Source: Treponemataceae bacterium (lineage in GTDB: Bacteria; Spirochaetota; Spirochaetia; Treponematales; Rectinemataceae). From it: a stretch of 64,000 bases of DNA. Shown here piece by piece: positions 27,304 through 36,904 of the stretch. Location of the stretch: the NCBI GenBank assembly GCA_963667725.2, contig CAXXHO010000003.1, positions 32,001 through 96,000 on the forward strand, in the 5' to 3' direction. Within the stretch, counting starts at the first letter, position 1. Each line of letters opens with the position of its first letter. Below the pieces are notes generated by a model. It did not search any database, was not told the DNA's origin, and saw only the letters and a program-made list of their open reading frames with translations. The position numbers and the translations under genes were made by a program.

Positions 27304-29703
27304 ATGGAACAGGCGCGGGAAAAAAGAAAACGCTTCGCTGCTCAGGTTTGCGGGGGGCTGGCGGGTCCAACTATGGGGGGCGCCGAGCCCGCGCCGCGGT
27401 TTGCGGCGGTAGAGCCGGCGTCAAGACCGGCGGCCCGGGAGACTGACGAGCCGCCGGCCTCGGCTCGGTTTCTCTTTGAGGCGACGCGCCGCGCCGCCGA
27501 GGCTGAAGGGCTGGAAATCATTCCAACCTGCTGTTTTTCCTGCAATACCGCCTGCGAAGTCCTGGCCTTCCGGGAAAAGGCGACGGGCCGGATCGTTAAA
27601 ATAGAAGGCGATCCCTCCTCTCCCGTCACCCATGGGGTCGCCTGCGCCAAAGGCCTGGCCGCTGCTGATCTTCTTTATAACCCCGGCCGAATAAAGCGAC
27701 CCCTCAAGCGCATAGAGCCGCGCGGCGCAAAGCCGGCGGCTTGCCCTGCATCTCCGGCTTCTCCTACTTCCCAAGATTTTTCGGGCGAAGCGGTTCCTCC
27801 CGGCTGGAAGGAAATCTCCTGGGACGAAGCGCTGGAAGAAATCACCTCCAGGCTGCTCAAGTACAGGGAGACAGACGGCGCGAAAAGCATAGCCTTCCTC
27901 GAAGGCACGAGGCGAGGGTGGAGCAGGGTGTATTCGCGCCTCGCCAATGCCTTCGGAGCGCCGAATCACGGGGCGGCGGGCTGGGCTCAATGCCTCTGGC
28001 CCCGCCTCGTGGACTGCAAGGTTACGTTCGGCGGCGCCCAGTACCCCGAGTCCTGCGACTTCGCGAACACGAACTGCGTCATAGTCTGGGGATCCAACCC
28101 CGCGGCTACCTGGCCTCTCCAGGGCGCGGCCATCATGGATGCCGCGGAACGCGGCGCCAAACTCATCGTCATCGATCCCAGGCTTTCGGAAACCGCCGCC
28201 AAGGCCGATACCTGGCTGCGGCTGAAACCGGGCAGCGATACCGACCTGGCCTTGGGATTCCTCCATGTGATCATAGCCGAAAACCTCTACGACCGCGATT
28301 TCGTCGAAAACTGGACCGTCGGTTTTGAGGAACTGCGTTCCCATGTGGCATGGAGGACGCCGGAAATCACCGAGAAGCTCACCGAAGTCTCGGCGGCGGC
28401 GATCCGCGAAGCCGCGATCGCTTTTGCCTCGACAAAACACGCGTGTATCTCCCGCTGCGTCTCGGTTGACCAGACCGCTGACTCGGTACAGACCTGCCGG
28501 GCCCTCTCGATCCTCATCGCCGTGACGGGCAACCTGGATGTTCCAGGCGGCAATATCCTCGTCTCCGGAAGGGGCGAACGCTCCCAGAACAGCCATGAAT
28601 TCATCCTTGCGGACAAGATTCCCCTGGAAATCCAGCGCGAGCGATGCGGCTACGAACGTTTTCCCCTCCTCTGCGGGGAACTGAGCTCAGTTCCGAGCGC
28701 GCACATGCCCAGCCTCTGGCGGACCGTGCTCACGGGCGAACCATATCCCATCAAAGCGGCGCTCATATTCGGCAGCAACGCCGCCGTTTCCTACACCAAT
28801 ACGAATGTGGTGACCCAAGCGATGGAGAAACTGGAATTCCTGGCCGTCTGCGACCTCTTCATGACGCCTACGGCCCAGATGGCCGACATCGTCCTCCCGG
28901 CCTCGTCCTGGCTCGAACGCGACAACGTCATCTCTTCCTTCCAGACATCCCTAGACTACAGCGTCATTCAACGGAAATGTTCCGAACCGATCGGCGAATC
29001 GCGATCCGACGTCGATATCGTCTGCGAACTCGCGAGGCGGATGGGCCTGGGCGACCTATTCTGGAAAGATTCGGAAGCGCTTTACGACTACCTGCTGGCG
29101 CCCACCGGATTGGGCCTGAGGCAAGCCATCGAAAAACGGCGCCTCTATGCTCCGCTCAAATACGGCAACTATCTCAAATCGGGCTTCAAGACACCTTCGG
29201 GCAAGGTGGAATTATTCTCGTCGGTGCTGGCCTCCAAGAACTGCGCCCCCTTGCCTCTAGGATCGCCTCGACCCAAGGAAGCAGGAAAACCCGAGGTAGA
29301 GGGGCAATCCAAAGAAGCAGGCAAACTCGGCGATGCGGAATACCCCCTGGACTTCAGTACGGGCGCGAGAAGCATCTTTTTCCGCCATACCGAGAACAGA
29401 AGAAATCCATGGCTCCTTTCCCAGAACCCCCATCCAACCGTCTATATCAACACCGAAATGGCGGCTTCCCTCGGAATCGCCGAGGGAGACCTTGTCGAAG
29501 TGCAGACGCCGGCGGGCAGCGCGCGCCTCCATGCCAAGCTCGAGCGCGACCTGGCCCTGAATTTCGTGGAAGCCGTGCCCGGCTGGGATGGGGAGGGGAA
29601 CATCAACCGCGCCCTGGGATGGGAACGTTTCGCCGAGGGAATCGGAACCGTGCCCATGCGAGGCCTAAAATGCCGGATAAAGAAGGTGAGCGATGCCATC
29701 TAA
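27304..29703 (+). CDS. DMSO-reductase-superfamily Mo/W-bisPGD enzyme, acetylene-hydratase-like
   Basis: CFSCNTAC...CAKG Fe-S motif; IDPR; PGSD; ADIVLP; TPSGKVE; no Tat motif; start may lie further downstream. Confidence 0.85.
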   Translation: MEQAREKRKRFAAQVCGGLAGPTMGGAEPAPRFAAVEPASRPAARETDEPPASARFLFEATRRAAEAEGLEIIPTCCFSCNTACEVLAFREKATGRIVKIEGDPSSPVTHGVACAKGLAAADLLYNPGRIKRPLKRIEPRGAKPAACPASPASPTSQDFSGEAVPPGWKEISWDEALEEITSRLLKYRETDGAKSIAFLEGTRRGWSRVYSRLANAFGAPNHGAAGWAQCLWPRLVDCKVTFGGAQYPESCDFANTNCVIVWGSNPAATWPLQGAAIMDAAERGAKLIVIDPRLSETAAKADTWLRLKPGSDTDLALGFLHVIIAENLYDRDFVENWTVGFEELRSHVAWRTPEITEKLTEVSAAAIREAAIAFASTKHACISRCVSVDQTADSVQTCRALSILIAVTGNLDVPGGNILVSGRGERSQNSHEFILADKIPLEIQRERCGYERFPLLCGELSSVPSAHMPSLWRTVLTGEPYPIKAALIFGSNAAVSYTNTNVVTQAMEKLEFLAVCDLFMTPTAQMADIVLPASSWLERDNVISSFQTSLDYSVIQRKCSEPIGESRSDVDIVCELARRMGLGDLFWKDSEALYDYLLAPTGLGLRQAIEKRRLYAPLKYGNYLKSGFKTPSGKVELFSSVLASKNCAPLPLGSPRPKEAGKPEVEGQSKEAGKLGDAEYPLDFSTGARSIFFRHTENRRNPWLLSQNPHPTVYINTEMAASLGIAEGDLVEVQTPAGSARLHAKLERDLALNFVEAVPGWDGEGNINRALGWERFAEGIGTVPMRGLKCRIKKVSDAI

Positions 29704-30265
29704 TACAACATTCGCCATAGATTTGGATCGCTGCTGGGGATGCGGCACCTGCGAGGTCGCCTGCGCCCTTGAGAAAAAAAGCGGCCCCGGCACTGGCCGC
29801 GTAAAAATCGAGGAAATCTGGGGAAAGAATGGCGAAGCCATCCCCGGATCGCTCCAGGGGCGCGGCTTCGTCCCCGTTCTCTGCCAGCAATGCGAGGACC
29901 CCGCCTGCGCGGCCGCCTGCCCTGCGGGCGCTTTGTCCAGAGACGCCGCCGGGCTTCTGGCCTTCGACGCCGAACTCTGCCTTTCCTGCGGATTATGCGA
30001 ATCAGCCTGCCCCTATGGCGCGATCCAGCTCGCCGCCGATTCAGGACAGCCGTTGAGGTGCGATCAGTGCGCTTCGCGCCAGAGCGCGGGGCTTCTGCCC
30101 GCCTGCGTCCAGCACTGCCCGGGCAAGGCTCTCGCCATCGTGGCGGAGGGCAAGGAAGCCGACCGCGGCGCAGAAACCGGCCGCGGTCCCAAACGCGCTT
30201 GGTCGATCGGCAGGGTTGACTATTTATCGCGCGGTATAGGGCTTAGCGATCGTTCTCCCGATTGA
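29693..30265 (+). CDS. 4Fe-4S electron-transfer subunit (DmsB-like)
   Basis: CWGCGTCEVAC, CQQCEDPAC..ACP, CLSCGLCESACP, CDQC. Confidence 0.9.
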   Translation: MPSNTTFAIDLDRCWGCGTCEVACALEKKSGPGTGRVKIEEIWGKNGEAIPGSLQGRGFVPVLCQQCEDPACAAACPAGALSRDAAGLLAFDAELCLSCGLCESACPYGAIQLAADSGQPLRCDQCASRQSAGLLPACVQHCPGKALAIVAEGKEADRGAETGRGPKRAWSIGRVDYLSRGIGLSDRSPD

Positions 30266-31358
30266 ACCGCCTGAACTCTCGATTGATGCTCCGCCAACGC
30301 GCCCGCTCGGCCGCCGCCAGCAGGGGATCCTGCCGCCGTTCCAGGGCCTCGATTTCGCGGCGCAGCTTTCTCCAGGCGGCGACGCGATCGTCAGCGATAG
30401 CGCCCGATTCGATAGCCTCGCGCACCGCGCATCCTGGCTCGTTCTCGTGAGTACAGTCCCTGAATTTACATGAGGCAGCCAGAGCCTCGATTTCGGGGAA
30501 GGTCGCGTCCACATCCTCTTCCGAAGTCCAGAGCTGAATCTCCCTCAATCCTGGCGTATCGATGAGAAGGGCGCCCGAAGGCAGGCGGAAAAGCGTCCGA
30601 ACGCTCGTCGTGTGCCGTCCCTTGTGGTCGTCGGCGCGAATGTCCTGGACGCGCTGGAGGTCTCGCCCCGCTAAACGGTTGAGCAGAGTGCTCTTCCCCG
30701 CGCCCGAGGAACCGACGAGGACGGCGGTGACTCCAGGCAGGAGAAATTCATCGAATTTTTCCAAGCCTTGACCGGTGAGAGCGCTCACCGCGAAGACGGG
30801 GAGGGCAGGCGCCAGGCTTCTCGTCCTGTGGATAAGCTCATCGATATTCTCGGCCAGATCAACCTTCGTTATGACAACGACCGGACGCGCGCCCGAATCG
30901 ATAGCGAGGGCTATATAACGTTCGATCCGCCGCGCGTTCCAGTCCTGGCCCGCGGCGGCGACGATTATGGCCGTGTCGATGTTCGCGACGAGAACCTGCT
31001 CCTCGACCTTGTCGTAGGCTGTATCGCCCTTAGCCTTGCGCGAAAACCTGCTCACGCGCGGCAGGACGGCATGGATCACAGCCGGCGAATCTTTGTATTG
31101 CCCCTGGCGTATGAGGACCCAGTCGCCCGTCACGGGCATTTCGGCGGAAAGGCCGACTCCATGCATGAACTTTCCCGAGACGACAGCGTCGAGTTCCTCG
31201 ACTGCATCCCCAACGCCCTCTGTGGCTTCGGCCACTACGCGCCATGAATCCCTGCCGGTTTCCGCGACGCGCGCCGGCGACAGGTTCAGATCAGCATAGA
31301 CGTGGGCGGCGCCCTCGAAAGTGGCGTTCCATCCGTATGATTCTAGTGAATTGTGCAT
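30243..31358 (-). CDS. rsgA: Ribosome small subunit-dependent GTPase A
   Basis: TKVD, GSSGAGKS, GRHTT, DTPG, CKFRDCTHENEPGC zinc finger; start MHNSLE with SD GGAGA. Confidence 0.93.
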   Translation of the reverse strand: MHNSLESYGWNATFEGAAHVYADLNLSPARVAETGRDSWRVVAEATEGVGDAVEELDAVVSGKFMHGVGLSAEMPVTGDWVLIRQGQYKDSPAVIHAVLPRVSRFSRKAKGDTAYDKVEEQVLVANIDTAIIVAAAGQDWNARRIERYIALAIDSGARPVVVITKVDLAENIDELIHRTRSLAPALPVFAVSALTGQGLEKFDEFLLPGVTAVLVGSSGAGKSTLLNRLAGRDLQRVQDIRADDHKGRHTTSVRTLFRLPSGALLIDTPGLREIQLWTSEEDVDATFPEIEALAASCKFRDCTHENEPGCAVREAIESGAIADDRVAAWRKLRREIEALERRQDPLLAAAERARWRSINREFRRFNRENDR

Positions 31359-31452
31359 TGCTTTGTTTCTCCGGTTAAATTTTGCTAACATCCCGACATA
31401 CCGTTCGCGGGAGGAAGCCCGGAGAATGACTCGAAGATTCCAAAAGGGAAAG

Positions 31453-31509
31453 CTAGGCGAGTATCCTCCGAGGTTCCTTTTCGCGAACAATCACCCTGTA
31501 GTTTTTCAT
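31453..31509 (-). CDS. 18-aa leader peptide MKNYRVIVREKEPRRILA upstream of rsgA
   Basis: Perfect AGGAGG (plus-strand CCTCCT 31515-31520), ATG and TAG; embedded in a long inverted repeat. Confidence 0.7.
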   Translation of the reverse strand: MKNYRVIVREKEPRRILA

Positions 31510-31626
31510 ATGGACCTCCTCGTGGATATTTTTGAGGGAGCCTTAAGGCTCTTCTTGATCATAATAAAAGTTTGCGATTAAAAAATCAATAGTAGTTTTA
31601 CATCATCTCAGCGTGTTGTTCTGCAG

Positions 31627-33177
31627 TCATGTGGCAGATCGAAAATACGCTTGCGCGAGCGACCTTAGCCGTCTTGCGATCGATGGAGGCAGGGCTTCCT
31701 TCATCCGCCAAGTCCAGTAGCCATCCTGCCTACCCGGATAATTCATGCGCGCCTCGCTTCCCAACCCGAGCAGATCCTGGACAGGCGCGATGGCGATACA
31801 GGCGGGGCTGGCCCAGGCTGCTTTTATCATGTTCCAGGCAAAGGCAGCGCGGCGCCCGCCTACAAACCCCAGCCCCCGCCTGGCCGCGGCAGGCGCCGCT
31901 TCCCCGATCCACCCCATGCACGTGTTGTTGTCGTGAGTGCCCGTATACACCACCGCGTTCCTCTCATAGTTGTACGGGTAATCGGCGTTGTCCCCTTCGG
32001 GCTCGAAGGCGAACTGCAGAATCTTCATGCCCGGAAAACCCAGACGCGTCCGCAGTTCCTGCACCTCGGAAGTCATGAAGCCCAGATCCTCGGCGATGAT
32101 CGGCAGATCGCCCAGCTCGGCTTCGATCGCCTCGAACAAGGCAAGCCCCGGCCCCTTCTCCCATCGCCCGGCAGCAGCCGTATCGTCGCCCGCCGGTACC
32201 GCCCAGTAATCCACGAACCCCCTGAAATGGTCGATACGCAGAATATCCACAAGCTCGAGCGATGCCCTTATCCTTGAAATCCACCAGGCATAGCCTTCTT
32301 TCTCGTTAGCCTTCCAGTCGTAGAGAGGATTTCCCCAGAGCTGGCCAGTCTCGGTGAAATAATCCGGCGGAACCCCGGCGACTTTCTCGGGCTTACCCGA
32401 TTCGTCCAGGAGGAAAAGTTCGGGATGGGCCCATGTGTCGGCGCTGTCGTAGGCCGCGAAAATCGGAATGTCGCCGATGATTCTCACGCGCCGTTCGTTC
32501 GCGTAGGCGCGCAGCGCGCCCCACTGGCCGTAAAAAAGAAATTGGGCGAATTTGTGCCTTTGCATCCTGTCGGCGTTTGCTCTCCTGAAATCGGCCAACG
32601 TTTTTTCTTCTCTCTTTCTCAGGGAAGCCGGCCACCGGTCCCATGATGAGAAGTTGCGCGATTCCTTTATGGCCGAGAACAGGGCGAAATCGTCGAGCCA
32701 AAAGGCTTTTTGCTGCGAAAAGGTCGCGAATTCCGCCGCCAGGTCAGGGTTCCCGGCGCCGATTTTCCCGCCGGTCCCGGAGGCGGCCTCGGAGCCGCCT
32801 CCAAGGCCGCTGCCTGCCTTAAAATTCTCCCAAGCCCTGTCGATAAGCCGGTTCTTTTCCAGAAAAAGCCTGCCGAAATCGATCCGTCCCGTGTTCGGCG
32901 TCCTGCATGCTGCCGCCTCTTCGGGACTCAGCAGCCCCAGCGCCGCCAGCTCATCGGGATCGATGAAGTAGAGATTGCCGGCGAAAGCGGACAGGCATTG
33001 GTATGGTGAATCGCCGTAGCCCGTCGGTCCCAGCGGAAGAATCTGCCAGAGCCCCACGCCTGCTCCGGCCAGGAAATCTATGAAATTTCTCGCTTCCCTC
33101 CCAAGCGTTCCTATGCCGAAAGGTCCCGGCAGGGAACTGGGGTGGAGGAGAACGCCCGCGCTTCGCTGAAAATTCAT
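31627..33177 (-). CDS. malQ: 4-alpha-glucanotransferase (amylomaltase, GH77)
   Basis: GVLLHPSSLP, SPYQ, RIDHFRG, AEDLG, YTGTHDN. Confidence 0.95.
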   Translation of the reverse strand: MNFQRSAGVLLHPSSLPGPFGIGTLGREARNFIDFLAGAGVGLWQILPLGPTGYGDSPYQCLSAFAGNLYFIDPDELAALGLLSPEEAAACRTPNTGRIDFGRLFLEKNRLIDRAWENFKAGSGLGGGSEAASGTGGKIGAGNPDLAAEFATFSQQKAFWLDDFALFSAIKESRNFSSWDRWPASLRKREEKTLADFRRANADRMQRHKFAQFLFYGQWGALRAYANERRVRIIGDIPIFAAYDSADTWAHPELFLLDESGKPEKVAGVPPDYFTETGQLWGNPLYDWKANEKEGYAWWISRIRASLELVDILRIDHFRGFVDYWAVPAGDDTAAAGRWEKGPGLALFEAIEAELGDLPIIAEDLGFMTSEVQELRTRLGFPGMKILQFAFEPEGDNADYPYNYERNAVVYTGTHDNNTCMGWIGEAAPAAARRGLGFVGGRRAAFAWNMIKAAWASPACIAIAPVQDLLGLGSEARMNYPGRQDGYWTWRMKEALPPSIARRLRSLAQAYFRSAT

Positions 33178-33182
33178 GTCGC

Positions 33183-34052
33183 CTAACCTTTTACGGCGCC
33201 GGCCGCGATGCCCTTGATTATGTATTTCTGCAGGGACAAGTAGAAAATGATGATCGGTGTCGCCGATAGCACGAGGGAAGCCGTGAGAGGGCCGTATTCC
33301 TTCAGGAACTGTCCGTAGAACTGCATCTGCGCCAGCTGTATCGTCCCCTGCTTTATCACGAGGAGGGGCAGGAGGAAGTCGTTCCATATCCAGAGCGCGT
33401 CCAGAATCGCGATGGTCGCCGTTATCGGCTTCAGCAGCGGGAACACGATCCTGAAGAAAATGTAGCTCGTCCCCGCCCCGTCGATGGCCGCCGATTCCTC
33501 CAGCTCCCTCGGCACGCCCTTGATGAAACCGTGGTACATGAAGACGGCCATCGGCGCGCCCAAGCCCCAATACAGGACGACAATGCCCGCCGGATTCGTG
33601 AGGTGAAGGTCGGAGGCTAAAACGGCCAGCGGCACCATGATGATCTGGAAGGGGATCACGAGGGCGAAGGCGAACAGCGAATAGATAAGCCATGAATAGC
33701 GTTTTTCCGTCCGCGCCAGCATCCAGGCCGCCATAGAGCTCGTCAACACTATCCCCGCCACGCCGGCAGCGGAAATCAGGAAGGTGGTCGCTACCACCCT
33801 GGGGAATTCCATAACCTTCCATGCCTTGATGAAGTTGTCGAGAAACAGCTTCGAAGGCAGGGCGAGCGGCTTGAGCATGATTTCCGCGTCCGGTTTCAGG
33901 GCGCTCATCAGCACGAAGAGCGCGGGATAGATGTAGAGGAAACCGAAGATGATCATGAAGGCTTCCAGGAAGTGCAGCGGCCGCAAACGCCACCGAGGCC
34001 GCTGCGGCTGCCAAGACCGCCGTCGCAGTCGAGCCTCCAGCGTGGATTTCAC
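33183..34052 (-). CDS. Maltodextrin ABC permease (MalG-like)
   Basis: ELEESAAIDGA; WNDFLLP; GTG start overlapping the upstream stop. Confidence 0.9.
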   Translation of the reverse strand: MKSTLEARLRRRSWQPQRPRWRLRPLHFLEAFMIIFGFLYIYPALFVLMSALKPDAEIMLKPLALPSKLFLDNFIKAWKVMEFPRVVATTFLISAAGVAGIVLTSSMAAWMLARTEKRYSWLIYSLFAFALVIPFQIIMVPLAVLASDLHLTNPAGIVVLYWGLGAPMAVFMYHGFIKGVPRELEESAAIDGAGTSYIFFRIVFPLLKPITATIAILDALWIWNDFLLPLLVIKQGTIQLAQMQFYGQFLKEYGPLTASLVLSATPIIIFYLSLQKYIIKGIAAGAVKG

Positions 34053-35581
34053 AGCTGCACCTCCTTTCGCTTCATGATGATGAGCTGAGCGCCCGTCAGG
34101 AGGAGAATGGCCAGGAAGAGCAGGGTGGCCTTGGCTGTGGCCAGCCCGGCTAACTTGCGCGCGAAGGCGTCGAAGAAGATGTCCATGACGAAGGGGACGG
34201 TTCCCACCGCGTAGCCCGAGGTTCCCACCATGGCATAGACGAGATCGAAGCATTTGAGGGCGTTGGCGATGGAAATGAAGAAGCACACGGTGAAGGCCGG
34301 CATGAGGAGAGGTAGCGTTATGCGTTTTAGTCTGTTCCAGAAACCCGCGCCGTCAATCATCGCCGCCTCTATCACGTCGGGCGGAATGTTCTGCAGACCC
34401 GCGAGGTACACGACCATGTAATAGCCAGCGGCCTGCCACACAGAAACGCCGACCAGAAGCCAGGGAGCCTTGGACGAATCGCTCATCCACGTCTGAATGC
34501 CCGTCAGCCTCGGCAGGAGATGAAAAAAAATAAAGGACCATATCAAGGCGACTACGATCATGGACAGAACGTTGGGCAGAAAGAACACCGAGCGCAGTAC
34601 GTTGCGCGATTTTATCTTCCTGTCCAGCGCCATCGCTATCCAGAAGGCGAGGAGGTTGGCGAGGACGACGTTGCCCACGGCAAAGAAAATCGTGAAGCCG
34701 ATGACGCCGAGGTCGAATTTCTTAGCCGTCCATGTCGAGGCGAGGAGGGTCTTGAACCTGCCTATCTCGAAGAGCCTGTCGGCGTTCCGGTCGATGCCCG
34801 CTTTCTCAATATCCGAAAAGGGCGCCATAACCGCGAGCGCCTTCGCCACGAAAGCCTGAACGGCGGCCTCGAGAGCCGCCCTGTCCTGGGCGAGGCCCGC
34901 CTTCTTGGCCGATGCGAGGAAATCGTCCACGGCTCCCGAATCGAGATCGCCCGACTCCACCTGGGGCAGGGTCCAGAAAGCGTCCTCCACGACGAATTCG
35001 TCCATATCCGGCGCAAGACGGTACGCGCCGCCATCCGCCACGTAAAATTTGGCCGCCAAAGCCGCGCTCTGAGCATTCAGCTTGGCGAGGAAATTCTTCT
35101 CGTAGCTTGCGGTTTCCACTTCGGCGGGCAGGGCTGAATTGGCGTTGAAGTAATTCTCCTGAAAGGCTCGCGGGTAAAAACGTTGATCGACTTCGCCCGT
35201 AAAGATGGACCTGTAATTCTCGACGCCCACATCCCTGTATTTATCGGGCGCGTATCCCGCGGCTTTGAGGATTCCCTCTAGCCTGTAGCGCTTCAGACCC
35301 GAAATCGACAGCCGCGCGTACTGTTCCCCGGCCGCGTCCAGCTCGTACAGCGAAAGCAGAAATTCGCGGTCAGGCGCCCTTTTAACCTTGCTAAGGATCT
35401 TGGCCTCGAACTCGGCCTTGTCCATGCTTATCGGCGTTTTCGGCGTCAGCCCATCCCAGTTCGTCGTGGATATCCGCAAGCCCTGGCCGAAAGGCAGGAG
35501 AAAGAAGAGGGCATAGAGCAATAGAGCCGGCGCGACGAATAGAATGAAATTCATCCGTCGCGCGGAAGATTTTTGAACCAT
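34049..35581 (-). CDS. Maltodextrin ABC permease (MalF-like) with large extracytoplasmic insertion
   Basis: IEAAMIDGA; more than 200 aa of soluble sequence after TM1. Confidence 0.88.
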   Translation of the reverse strand: MVQKSSARRMNFILFVAPALLLYALFFLLPFGQGLRISTTNWDGLTPKTPISMDKAEFEAKILSKVKRAPDREFLLSLYELDAAGEQYARLSISGLKRYRLEGILKAAGYAPDKYRDVGVENYRSIFTGEVDQRFYPRAFQENYFNANSALPAEVETASYEKNFLAKLNAQSAALAAKFYVADGGAYRLAPDMDEFVVEDAFWTLPQVESGDLDSGAVDDFLASAKKAGLAQDRAALEAAVQAFVAKALAVMAPFSDIEKAGIDRNADRLFEIGRFKTLLASTWTAKKFDLGVIGFTIFFAVGNVVLANLLAFWIAMALDRKIKSRNVLRSVFFLPNVLSMIVVALIWSFIFFHLLPRLTGIQTWMSDSSKAPWLLVGVSVWQAAGYYMVVYLAGLQNIPPDVIEAAMIDGAGFWNRLKRITLPLLMPAFTVCFFISIANALKCFDLVYAMVGTSGYAVGTVPFVMDIFFDAFARKLAGLATAKATLLFLAILLLTGAQLIIMKRKEVQL

Positions 35582-35591
35582 CGGTGTTCGG

Positions 35592-36824
35592 CTACTTTTT
35601 TCTGTTCGCCGCCCACTGCTTGTCGATGTCGGCGATCACGGCCTCGGCTGTCTTCTTGTTGAAAACATACTGCTGGGCGCCGTTCTTGCACGCGTCCTCG
35701 AACACCGCGGTCGGATAGGAGGCGAATGCCCAGGGATAGGCGCCGTTCTTCTCGACGCCGCTCATCAAATCGACGAAGGGACCGCCGAGCTTGGACACAT
35801 CGGCGCCCTTGAACGACAGCGTGAGCTTGTAGTCTTCCACCCATATCTTCTGAGCCTGGGGCGTGGCCAGCCACTCGAGGAACTTGAGGGCCGCCGCCTT
35901 CTTGTCGGCGGGGGACTGGGCGGACACTCCGAAGCAGGAATCCACGTCGGCGTAGAACTTGTTCATCTTGGCATCGTTGAAAACGGGGAAGGGCGCGAAG
36001 CCGCAGTTGAGTTTGGGGTTCGTTCCTATGGCGGCGCCATAGGACCAAAGTCCCTGCACCATAATCGCCGCCTTGCCTTCGGCGAAAGCCGCCTGCTGCT
36101 CGTTCCAGTTCCATTCCTCGGCGTTCTTGTCCATGTTCGCTCGATAGAAGTCGATCACGGAGAAGAGCTTGTCGGTGTCCACGACGCCATAGCTTGTCTT
36201 TCCGGCGTTCATGTCGGCCACGAATTTGGCTGGCGCGATCTTCTTTTCGGCGAGGAGATTGGTATGGACGAGGGTGATGAAGTGTCCCATCGACCAGTTT
36301 TCCTTCAGAAGACCGGCGAAGGGCGTCACATTGTTCGTCCGCAGCGTCCGGGCGATCCTCTCCAGATCGCGGTAGGTGGCGGGAGGCTGGAGCCCGAATT
36401 TCGCGAAAATGTCCTTGTTGTAGATGATGCCGATCCCGGCGAAATCCATCGGCAGACCCCATAGTTTGCCGTTCCAGGTGACCGATGGTTTCGCGCTGTC
36501 GACTACTTTGCCCAGCACAGGCTGTTTGCCAAGGTCAACCAAATAGCCCTTCTCCGCGTATTCGGCGACGCGGGAATAAGATTGCATCTGCAGGATATCG
36601 GGCAGCTTGCCCTGGGCGGCGCGCGCCGACATCGTGGCGTCGGCGTCGTTCGGCACGATCAGCATATCGATCGATATGCCCGGATTTTCCTTCACGAACT
36701 GGGCCACGAGCTTCTTGAGCCCTTCCTGATTTTCCTGTTTATAGTAGTACAGCTCGAGTTTCTGGGCCTGTACCATTCCGGCCAAAGCGAAGAGCACGAG
36801 GAGAAGGGATAGGATTCTCTTCAT
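35592..36824 (-). CDS. Sugar ABC solute-binding protein (MsmE-like)
   Basis: Signal peptide MKRILS..VQA; LPDI; YNKDIF; SD GGAGG. Confidence 0.9.
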   Translation of the reverse strand: MKRILSLLLVLFALAGMVQAQKLELYYYKQENQEGLKKLVAQFVKENPGISIDMLIVPNDADATMSARAAQGKLPDILQMQSYSRVAEYAEKGYLVDLGKQPVLGKVVDSAKPSVTWNGKLWGLPMDFAGIGIIYNKDIFAKFGLQPPATYRDLERIARTLRTNNVTPFAGLLKENWSMGHFITLVHTNLLAEKKIAPAKFVADMNAGKTSYGVVDTDKLFSVIDFYRANMDKNAEEWNWNEQQAAFAEGKAAIMVQGLWSYGAAIGTNPKLNCGFAPFPVFNDAKMNKFYADVDSCFGVSAQSPADKKAAALKFLEWLATPQAQKIWVEDYKLTLSFKGADVSKLGGPFVDLMSGVEKNGAYPWAFASYPTAVFEDACKNGAQQYVFNKKTAEAVIADIDKQWAANRKK

Positions 36825-36834
36825 AAATTCCTCC

Positions 36835-36852
36835 ATGTAAACCGATTTACAT
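36835..36852. promoter_or_regulatory. LacI-type operator ATGTAAACCGATTTACAT downstream of promoter TTGACA (36877-36882, minus strand)
   Basis: Near-perfect palindrome with central CG. Confidence 0.65.
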
Positions 36853-36904
36853 AAAGTGTATCATGAAGGCTAAGGTTGTCAAGTGAGAAAAATTAAAGTG
36901 GCGG

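Noticed and set aside
27304..27510. Possible Tat signal on the Mo enzyme (KRKRF, TRRAA)
   Set aside because: No SRRxFLK-like consensus and no hydrophobic h-region
31627..34286. Apparent permease-MalQ fusion and extended permease in the ORF track
   Set aside because: Extensions are off-frame overlaps; separate starts at 33177 and 34052 give normal proteins
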